Source of the DNA: Barthelona sp. PCE
Lineage: Eukaryota
Direction: 5' to 3'
Assembly (NCBI GenBank): GCA_040285745.1
Contig: JAUFOR010000004.1
Location: forward strand, 1,054,001 to 1,118,000
DNA: 64,000 bases
Both the position numbers and the translations under genes were made by a program. The stretch's first letter is position 1; the number at the start of each line of letters is the position of its first letter. Positions 27,302-35,425 of this stretch are shown here, in pieces. The notes beneath the pieces were generated by a model. The model ran no database searches. It saw nothing but the letters and a program-made list of their open reading frames with translations, and was not told where the DNA came from.

Positions 27302-30130
27302 ATGGCGCCAACGTTTAACGTGCAACCGCACAAATTAACATTCAAAGCACATGCAAGCTCTTCCGACGATCCCTATATCGCTGCCAATTTGGATAGCACA
27401 AGCCAGAGCCGCAGAGGGTGGAAGTCTGAGAGGTATGTCACCAAAGGCATGGTCCGCACCCCATTTAAAGGGTAGCGGAACAATCCGCATTATTCACCTG
27501 TTTTGGTGAAAAATTCATCATTATTAACATTTAGATACGCAAAACATCCCCACACGCTGTACCTAGTCTTCGATGAGCCTGTATTTGTAGAAAAATTTGA
27601 TTTCTTAAGCCACGAGCACGCAATTAGTGCAAAAGTTGATGTCTTTCTCGGTAAACCAAAGCGTAAAAGCATCAGCTACGAGAATGCGAACTACGACCAC
27701 CTCGGTTTCTTTACTTTAGCCAGTAATTCTGGCATAGACAGTAATATCAGACCATTAAGAAGTGTAGTTGTTCGTCAAAGTTTAAGAGTTTTGAAATTAG
27801 TATTAAATGAACATCATCATCACACACAGAATATGTTTGACCAGGTGGGCGTGAAGCGCATCGATGTAGAAGGTTGGACAGTTAAAGAAAAAGTCGAAAT
27901 GAACAGACTTTTAGAAGCTCCAAAAGAAAATATTAGAAAAGCCTCAGAAGCTAATGAACGTGGTTCCTTAAGGTATGACCATGTCACCGCAACACAGATC
28001 AAGAACCTCCTTGTCCGCAAGCAACAAGCCGTTGATGATGAGAACTACATGGAGGCAAAACGTTTGAAATTAGAGATCGAACGTCTCCATGAGGTTGGAA
28101 AACAGATTTCTGTCCTTGAGGAGGAGAAAAAGGCCGCAGTCATGATGGAGGATTATGATAGAGCTCATGATCTGAAGAAGAGAATTGAGAGGATGAGAAA
28201 TATGCCTGGTGTTGGTGCACAACGTTCAGAAGCTGAAGAGCTTGCCATGCGTCTCAAGGAAGCTGAGGACGAGCTCCGCAGGAAAGAGAGAGAGCTCATC
28301 GAGAAAGACAAAGAGCTCAAAACCCGTAGAGCCGCTGTTGACGAACGCCCTATTCAACCAGCTCGTGAACGAACACCCTCACCTGCCCCGGAGCCCGTAA
28401 GGTACGCACCAAAGGAGGAGGAGGAAGAGCACGAAGATCCGCTAATCAATCAAGTTCCAGAAGTTAGCAGACCAGTTGGTACTCCAGATAAACAAGCCAT
28501 TCGACCCATGGACCCAAAGAAGTATGAGAAGTACTTTGGTGGCCCCATGGATACACCAGTCTCCAACCCCGATGATCGACCGATTAAACCGAAGGATACA
28601 TCACCCGATAGAGGATTTAAATCTGTCAGTAATTATGATGATTTAGACGCATATCAGGGTCAGTACGAGGTTGAGAAAGTGAACGAGCCCCCTAAATCTA
28701 TTCCAGCAAAGTATTCTGAAATAGCAGGACAAATATCTTCACTCTTTGGAGATCTATTTGCCAGATCTCTTTTTTCAACAAATTTCAAGCACAGAGAAAC
28801 ATGTATTGCAACCTTAAATGAACGTATCCATGATACAATCAATGAGAGTGATAGTGATGTTTGGTTTTCTGTTTTTGAGCATTTGGTCAAGGATAAAAAT
28901 CCAGCTATCATTTCAAAGTTTGGTGATTTAGTTCCTCATCTTTTACATGCTCAAAAGTACTCCCCACCGCTCAAGAAATCTGAGTTGGCCCACCGTATGT
29001 CCAATATTATTGGTGGTGTGCTGAACAGACTCACTGAGACGAACACTCGTGTACGTAATATTATGAATGATTTAGCTGCGCAATTCGCAGATGCTCTTGG
29101 TATTCATTTAATATGGGATTCCTTATTGAAGAAGATTCCTGTTAAAAACACAAAGGCATGGTTGTATCGTTTGCAGCTGCTGCATAAGGTATTAGTCAAA
29201 TCCATCGATTCAATCGATAATAATAAGTGTATGAACCTAATGCAATTTATCAAGGTAGCCTTCGAGTCTTCTAAACATGAGGTCCGTCAGCTCACCATTG
29301 ATATAACATCATTGGTCTATGAACACCACGGACCTGGTAGTGTACGCGCCAGCCTCCCTGCCTTTGATAACATATCCGACCTACCTGCCTTCTACAAGAG
29401 CCTACTTGACCACATCGCACAAGTCAATCAAAAGAATGGCTGGATGATGCTCGGCAGCGATCCTCTTCAAGCATGGGGTGGAAACCAGGGCACAAGTCAG
29501 CATAAATCACCGGGTGCACGTAGGAAACCACAAAGACATGAGGTTGAGGAGTCTATCAATAATATCAAACCAGCATTTGATGAAGATAGTGTAGTAAGAC
29601 ACGATACTATTGAAGATAGTGATTACCATGGTGCAAGAAACGCAACCTCCATCGACATCGACCCAGAAGATGCATTGCAGTACACTGGAAACCTACATGA
29701 TACAGCACGAGAGGGAGCAAATATACCAGCAAATGAATGCTTCTTCTGCGGATTAAAGCACGAGACGCCTGGTCTCGTGGACGTACATTGGTACCAGGAG
29801 TGTCCGTATTTATGTGTATGCCCTCACCCTGACTGCCCTCATCAGGTTCTTCCCATTGATGAATTGAATGATCACCTGTTAATGTCACATCCAGAAGACT
29901 ACGTTGAATGTCCACGTTGTCGTGATGTCGTCGATGCAGCAATCATTGATAAACATCTTGAGTGGGGTGGATGTGGAGACCCTCCCAATGACGATCAGAC
30001 CAGATGTCCACTGTGTCATAAGAATGTTAACCTTGAAGAATGGGGTGATCATGTGGAGGTTATTTGTCCTCGCAATCAATCTCGTCAGAAGAAATTTTCA
30101 AAGAAATTGGAAGAAATGGGGGTTGATTAA
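27302..30130 (+). CDS. CEP104: Centrosomal/ciliary-tip protein CEP104 (exons 27302-27432 and 27535-30130; 908 aa)
   Basis: N-terminal domain (GWKSER..LSHEHAISAKVDVF..LGFFTLASN..NMFDQVG), KQQAVDDENYMEAKRLK / KKAAVMMEDYDRA repeats, TOG-like HEAT region (LFSTNFKHRE), C-terminal zinc-finger array (CFFCG..HWYQECPYL, CPRC, RCPLCH). Confidence 0.92.
27433..27534 (+). other. Spliceosomal intron (102 nt) in full-length CEP104
   Basis: GTATGT..ATTAACATTTAG, identical to 24451-24552. Confidence 0.9.
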
Positions 30131-30190
30131 ATCTTTATTAATTAGTGTTTAATTAATGTATTTTTATATAAAATAAAGTGACAAATTTTT

Positions 30191-31084
30191 TTATCGACCA
30201 TAATTTGAATATGTAGTTGTGAAAGTACTCTCCATATCATCCTCAATTGCTACATTAGAGTCAACTGTAAACTCTCCTTTCACCAGATCTGAATGAAAAT
30301 GCCCAAAAGTGTTCAGACCTCCTTTCAAAATGGCAACCTTTGTAAATCCTTTCTCAATGAAATTCACAGCTAATTTCTCACAGTCCTTGGCCCCGTACAT
30401 GTCATATATACATAATACACGTGCATTACTTTGCGCTAATGGATCAGGAGATAAAATACTACTTCCTCCCTTCTGCTCATTCAATAATGACTGAAGCTCT
30501 GGTGTAAGAACTTGATTTACCCTGGAAAAGTGGGTATATGGGTAGTTAACTGCGAAAAGAATGTGATTATTGGTATATTCTTCTGCTGAACGGACATCCA
30601 CCAATAGTAATTTTTTAAAAAATTTGTTTGATATCGTTTCGACATCAACTTGTGCTGTTGGAATCTCTCCACTCATGATCTCTTCGAAGCTGAAGCTAGC
30701 CGTAGTTCTATTCTTTAGCTCCTGTCTGATATCCTTGTTTGATTGACCCACCTGTACAACTGATTCTCTGCGGTGTGTTTCAATACTTTCCTCGTGCACC
30801 TCTTCCTTACGCCCCTCAAGGGTCTCGATCCCCTCCAATGGTACTGATGGAGTACCTATTGTATTTAACTTATCTTGAATTTGTCTTAAAAGAAAAGTGT
30901 GTTTCATGAATTTGTATGGCTTCCTGACCCCGCTGCTAATGCGTCTCCCTTCTCGGACTGCTTTTGATACAGAACGACCTGTATCAATAACTGCGCGTTT
31001 TGTAACTTTGTGTTTAGGACGCGTCTTATATGAGGTCTGACTCAGAGATTTGCCCTCAAACTGACGTTCAAACTGACTTGGCAT
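30191..31084 (-). CDS. CEP41: CEP41 (TSGA14), rhodanese-like domain
   Basis: AVIDTGRSVSK motif; LLLVDVRSAEEY..HI..AVNYP..FSR; CIYD..FIEKGF..VAILKGGL. Likely start is ATG 31084 (MPSQF). Confidence 0.8.
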   Translation of the reverse strand: MPSQFERQFEGKSLSQTSYKTRPKHKVTKRAVIDTGRSVSKAVREGRRISSGVRKPYKFMKHTFLLRQIQDKLNTIGTPSVPLEGIETLEGRKEEVHEESIETHRRESVVQVGQSNKDIRQELKNRTTASFSFEEIMSGEIPTAQVDVETISNKFFKKLLLVDVRSAEEYTNNHILFAVNYPYTHFSRVNQVLTPELQSLLNEQKGGSSILSPDPLAQSNARVLCIYDMYGAKDCEKLAVNFIEKGFTKVAILKGGLNTFGHFHSDLVKGEFTVDSNVAIEDDMESTFTTTYSNYGR

Positions 31085-31146
31085 TGAATTCAATGTTGGT
31101 GAAAGACGTTGAGTTTTTTTTAACACATTTCGAGTTGTCTTTCAAC

Positions 31147-33021
31147 ATGAAGAATCTTTCAAAGACTCCGCTACGCCTTAGTAAGAGAGAGAGTCGCATT
31201 GCGGGTGCCCCAAAAAGCAATCTCAAACCTCATTTCGATGCTTCTGAGTTTTTAAGACGTTCCAGAACTGTTTCTGAAGGTGGAATCCCCATGAAGGTCA
31301 CCAAGGAGCAGCTTGCCACACAATTCGTAAAGGAAATGCGTCACCAACAAAAGGTAGCTACTTCTAAAGCCAGCACCGATGACAAAAAAACAAAGATGGT
31401 TCAACGAACACGCAAAAGATACAAGATGCTGAGGGTTACCAAGTCATTACGAGGTGCTAAAGTGCGTCCTAGTTTATTGAGTTTCAGGAGTCCTATGGTT
31501 CAGATTAGCAGTGATAAGATGAAGATTATCGACTCTAAGGCAGCGCCGTCTGCGATGAAGATGCCCACAGTGCCAGAATTACCTGAAGAGCGAGAAATTA
31601 ATCCAATTGTCGAAGAAGCTGCTTTACAAGGTGCTATTGGTGGTGCTCGTACCACTAGTGCTCGTGCCTCCCTTGCAAGCACTGATTTACCCTCCAAGAT
31701 GCCTTCTGGATTGCCAAAGAAGATCAGCATGGTTGATGCTGAGTTGGAGGCTATTACGAGGCCAAACGATAATTATGAACAAGTTGCTTTGCCTGAACCA
31801 CGCACATTCAAGTTCAAGCTTACACCCCAGGCTGAGGGAGCAAAGTTGAGTGGATTTTCGTTTAATAAGAACAAGAAGAAGAAGACTACTATTAAACGAG
31901 TTTCTATTAAACCTCCAAAAATCGACAAATCATTAAAATCAGGTCTTCCCCCAAAGAAAACATCTGAAGCAGCACCTGTTGCTGAAGAAAAGGCTGTCAA
32001 AAAGAAATTATCGTTACCTTCTAAGAAGAAATCTTTAGATTTAGGTTCAGCACTAACAAAAAAGAAAACAAATCCTTTCAGTCCTGACAGCAAGGCCAAT
32101 GCCACGGACAACACCACACCGAAGAAGGCTTTGGGTTCAAATCCATTTTCGATGAAGGGTAAGAAATTAAAGAAATCAAAGAGTGATACTGAAGGTGAAG
32201 GTGAAGAAGGTGGTAAGCTCAAGATGAAATTGCCTAAAAAACTTTCACTGAAGAAGAAAACAACAGAGGGTGAAGAACCTAAGGATGAGGACAAGGATAA
32301 GGATGCTAAACCAAAAACGAAACTTTCGCTTGATTTTAAGAAGAAAAAATCATTATCTAAGAAGCCTGAAGAAGAAAAATCTGAAAGTAATACTGAAGAA
32401 GAAAAATCTGAAAGTAATACTGAAGAAGAAAAATCTGAAAGTAATACTGAAGAAGAAAGTAATGAAAAGCAAGAAGAAGAGAAGAAAGTAATGAAAAACA
32501 AAAACCCTTTCTCCAAAAAATCAAAGTCTACACCTAAGAAGAAGGATGAGGACAGTGATGAGGAGAAAGAAGAAGAAAAGTCGAATAAGTTCAGCAAATT
32601 TTCATCAAAGAAAAGTGGTTTCAAGAGCGGTTTCAGTAAGAAAAAAAGTGAAGATGAAGATTCTTCATCAAAGAAAAGTTCTAATCCGTTTTCTAAGGCA
32701 AAGAAGTCTTCTTCTGGGTTTAGTAAGTCTTCTTCTTCAGAAAAGAAGTCAGGATTCAGTTCAAAAAAGTCTGGTTTCAGTAAGTCCTCTTCGTCAGAGA
32801 AGAAATCCGGTTTCAGTAAGTCCTCTTCGTCGGAGAAGAAATCTGGTTTCAGTAAGTCTTCTTCGTCTGAGAAGAAGTCTGGTTTCAGTAGCAAGAGTGG
32901 AGGTTTTTCCAAAAAATCTGGTAGCAATCCTTTCAGTAAGAGTTCTTCTTCTTCTTCTTCTTCTAAATCGAGTAGTTTCAAAAAGACAGGACGAAGCAAA
33001 AATCCATTTGCAAAGAAATAA
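31147..33021 (+). CDS. Lys/Ser-rich low-complexity protein with six NPF motifs
   Basis: Long ORF; likely start MKNLSK at 31147. Motifs NPFSP, NPFSM, NPFSKK, NPFSKA, NPFSKS, NPFAKK*. Internal tandem repeats. Confidence 0.7.
   Translation: MKNLSKTPLRLSKRESRIAGAPKSNLKPHFDASEFLRRSRTVSEGGIPMKVTKEQLATQFVKEMRHQQKVATSKASTDDKKTKMVQRTRKRYKMLRVTKSLRGAKVRPSLLSFRSPMVQISSDKMKIIDSKAAPSAMKMPTVPELPEEREINPIVEEAALQGAIGGARTTSARASLASTDLPSKMPSGLPKKISMVDAELEAITRPNDNYEQVALPEPRTFKFKLTPQAEGAKLSGFSFNKNKKKKTTIKRVSIKPPKIDKSLKSGLPPKKTSEAAPVAEEKAVKKKLSLPSKKKSLDLGSALTKKKTNPFSPDSKANATDNTTPKKALGSNPFSMKGKKLKKSKSDTEGEGEEGGKLKMKLPKKLSLKKKTTEGEEPKDEDKDKDAKPKTKLSLDFKKKKSLSKKPEEEKSESNTEEEKSESNTEEEKSESNTEEESNEKQEEEKKVMKNKNPFSKKSKSTPKKKDEDSDEEKEEEKSNKFSKFSSKKSGFKSGFSKKKSEDEDSSSKKSSNPFSKAKKSSSGFSKSSSSEKKSGFSSKKSGFSKSSSSEKKSGFSKSSSSEKKSGFSKSSSSEKKSGFSSKSGGFSKKSGSNPFSKSSSSSSSSKSSSFKKTGRSKNPFAKK
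32366..32458 (+). repeat. Coding tandem repeat, 27-bp unit x ~3.4 (EEEKSESNT)
   Basis: CTGAAGAAGAAAAATCTGAAAGTAATA repeated perfectly. Confidence 0.95.
32713..32890 (+). repeat. Coding tandem repeat, ~36-bp unit (SGFSKSSSSEKK) x ~4, diverged at synonymous sites
   Basis: Peptide repeat visible in the ORF; DNA units vary at third codon positions. Confidence 0.85.
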
Positions 33022-33087
33022 ACATTATTTTTAGGAAACCAAATTTATTCCAAGGGATCTATAAGATACCCCAGTAAGTAACATGAC

Positions 33088-33984
33088 TTAAAGCTTCTTG
33101 CTACGACGCTCGTTAAGAGAAGCAAGCTTCTGACGAATGCGATCCTTACGCTGGCTAAGAGTACGACGCTGGGCCTTAACGTAGGTCTGCTTGTAGTACT
33201 TAGGATCGTGGGTCTTGCTGGACTTCTCCATCTCAGGGGACTCACGGATGTTCTCGTGAACCTTGAGGTAGATATCCTCGAGATCATCGGCGGAGACGTT
33301 CTTACGGATGTAATCACGGAACTGAACAGCGTACTTCTCAGGATCTTCTTTCTCGAGAAGGCGCATGTAGTCAGCGGTCTTACCACCGAGAAGAGCCCAA
33401 CGGAGCTCCTCAGCATCGAACTCATCACCCTTAGAACCGATAAGACGCTTCATGGAGTGAGGGACGTTGAGACCACCATCGACGGCACCCTTCATAGCGG
33501 CGAAAACACGAGCACCAGTAGAAGAACGACGGAGACCGATATCAAGGAGAACCTTGAAGGGACGACGATCGAAGGAATCCTCTGTGACATCGTATTCCTC
33601 ACCGTTGCACTCTTCGAGACCAACGAATTCCTCATCAAGACCGAGCTTCTTCAAGACACGACGGGCAAGGAGGAGACCAACACAGTAAGCGGAGGCGTAG
33701 TTAGTGAGACCGACCTTAAGACCGTATCTCTCGAGCTCGTGACCGTAAGCGGCACAGAAAACCTTATCACCAGCAATGGTGGCGTAGATGATCTGAGCAA
33801 CGATATCACGGTTGGTGAAACGGACAACAAGACGGTACTTAAGGGAAGCGTACTTGTTCTTGGCCTGAGTTACAAGCTTCTTACGGGCTTGGTAATCGGT
33901 CTGACCGGAACGACGACGTCTAGGCTTGACCTGATAACGAGCGTAAGCAGCGCGGGACTTTTCAAATTCTCCAAACTGGACCAT
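33088..33984 (-). CDS. RPL5: 60S ribosomal protein L5 (uL18)
   Basis: RYQVKPRRRRSGQTDYQARKKLVTQAKNKY..YRLVVRFTNRDI; GLTNYASAYCVGLLLARR; GAVDGGLNVPHS. Confidence 0.97.
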   Translation of the reverse strand: MVQFGEFEKSRAAYARYQVKPRRRRSGQTDYQARKKLVTQAKNKYASLKYRLVVRFTNRDIVAQIIYATIAGDKVFCAAYGHELERYGLKVGLTNYASAYCVGLLLARRVLKKLGLDEEFVGLEECNGEEYDVTEDSFDRRPFKVLLDIGLRRSSTGARVFAAMKGAVDGGLNVPHSMKRLIGSKGDEFDAEELRWALLGGKTADYMRLLEKEDPEKYAVQFRDYIRKNVSADDLEDIYLKVHENIRESPEMEKSSKTHDPKYYKQTYVKAQRRTLSQRKDRIRQKLASLNERRSKKL

Positions 33985-34501
33985 TATATAGATAAATGTG
34001 AGAAAACAATTAGGAGGTTTTAGCTAAATATCTGGGGTTTATTGGGTGCGCTGTGGAAAATTCGCAGCTTCAACAGTGCAGATTTGCATGCACTTTAGTT
34101 AAACAAAGAGAAATTTTTTTAAACAACAGTATCATCAGATATGGTCATTTCAAAACACGCACGTGTATATCAGCTCCATATACTCTCTTCTTCCGAATAA
34201 CAAATCGTCTACAGCAGCAAAACAGTAAGCTAAAAAACTTCAAGAAGCACAGCTCTACAAATGCATCATTGAATAGTTTTACATGGTCAATTAACCCAAT
34301 ATAACATATTCAGCCAACACTAGAATCCTAAAAACCAAAAAATGCGAAAATGTGTGAATACTCTCAACACCAGTATAATTGTGGGTCCATATTCCAGCAA
34401 ATCGCAACAAAACAATCTTTAAGCCGGTATGACAACCATACGAAGTCATCTAATTCATTGGGCCCACTTCAGTCTCTAACTACAAATATTACCTTTATCA
34501 C

Positions 34502-35422
34502 ATGGTTAAAATAAGTCAGCTCCTTGGAGCCATCGAAAAATTCGCCCCCAAGCGATATGCCGAAGACTGGGACAACGTTGGGCTTCAATTCGGCCATCTT
34601 GATACTGAAATCTCTGGCATTCTTTTCGCACTCGATTTGCGGGATGAGGTCATCGACGAGGCCATTGAGCGTGGTTATAATGTTATCGTTACACATCACC
34701 CTGTCATATTTAAGGCTATGAAAAATATTGTCAGTTCAAACCCTACATCTGCACGAATCCTCAGATGTATTGAGAACAGCATTGCAGTACTTTCTTTCCA
34801 CACAAACCTCGACTCTTGCGTAGGTGGACTTTGTGACTACCTCTTCGTACGGTTGTTTGGTTATCCTGAGAAGCCAGTAGTCCCCATCAAAGACGCTCCC
34901 GCGCGTTTTTTCACCCGCACAAAGCCAAGACATGACAGTATCATGGACGAGCACGTACAATTCACCATTGCTGATGAGCTATCACATGGTAGTGATGTCA
35001 TGATGCAACCTGGATGTGGACGTGTTGGGAAACTTAGAGAACCTATGTTATTTGGTGAAATGTGTAATCTGGTTAAAGAATTTCGTAATAATGTGTCAGA
35101 AACTGCTGCCAAGGCTAACCCAATGAGGGTTATTGGTGATCAACAAAGGGTTATTGAGAAGGTAGCGATTATCACTGGTTCTGGAGGTAGTATGCTTTCT
35201 AAAGTCAATAGACATGGTGTTGATGCATTTATTACGGGCGATATCACATATCACGTTGCTCAACAATGTGAGGATGAAGGCATTTGTTTAATTGATGCTG
35301 GTCACTTCATTACCGAGACTGTTTACATGAGATTTTTCTCTAGTTTCATTGGATTCAAGTTTCCTGAGATCAGAAAAGGTATTTCTGCTTTAATTCACAC
35401 TCCCTTTGATGTGTATGAATAA
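34502..35422 (+). CDS. NIF3: NIF3/YbgI (DUF34) family dinuclear metal protein
   Basis: AP..AEDWDNVGL, THHPVIF, HTNLD, GSGG, FITGDITYH, DAGHFITE. Confidence 0.9.
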   Translation: MVKISQLLGAIEKFAPKRYAEDWDNVGLQFGHLDTEISGILFALDLRDEVIDEAIERGYNVIVTHHPVIFKAMKNIVSSNPTSARILRCIENSIAVLSFHTNLDSCVGGLCDYLFVRLFGYPEKPVVPIKDAPARFFTRTKPRHDSIMDEHVQFTIADELSHGSDVMMQPGCGRVGKLREPMLFGEMCNLVKEFRNNVSETAAKANPMRVIGDQQRVIEKVAIITGSGGSMLSKVNRHGVDAFITGDITYHVAQQCEDEGICLIDAGHFITETVYMRFFSSFIGFKFPEIRKGISALIHTPFDVYE

Positions 35423-35425
35423 AAA

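Larger units (their letters stand above)
25220..28201. repeat. Tandem segmental duplication, copy 2 (2982 bp)
   Basis: Near-identical to 22239-25219; continues into the unique 3' part of CEP104. Confidence 0.97.

Noticed and set aside
31773-32999. 408-aa - strand ORF rich in F/L/S/E
   Set aside because: Antisense mirror of the Lys/Ser repeat gene.
33208-34023. 271-aa + strand ORF antisense to RPL5 (similarly 38555-39032 opposite RPS26 and 60010-60354 opposite La)
   Set aside because: Shadow ORFs: biased codon use in highly expressed genes avoids TTA, CTA and TCA, leaving the antisense frame open. No protein-like features.
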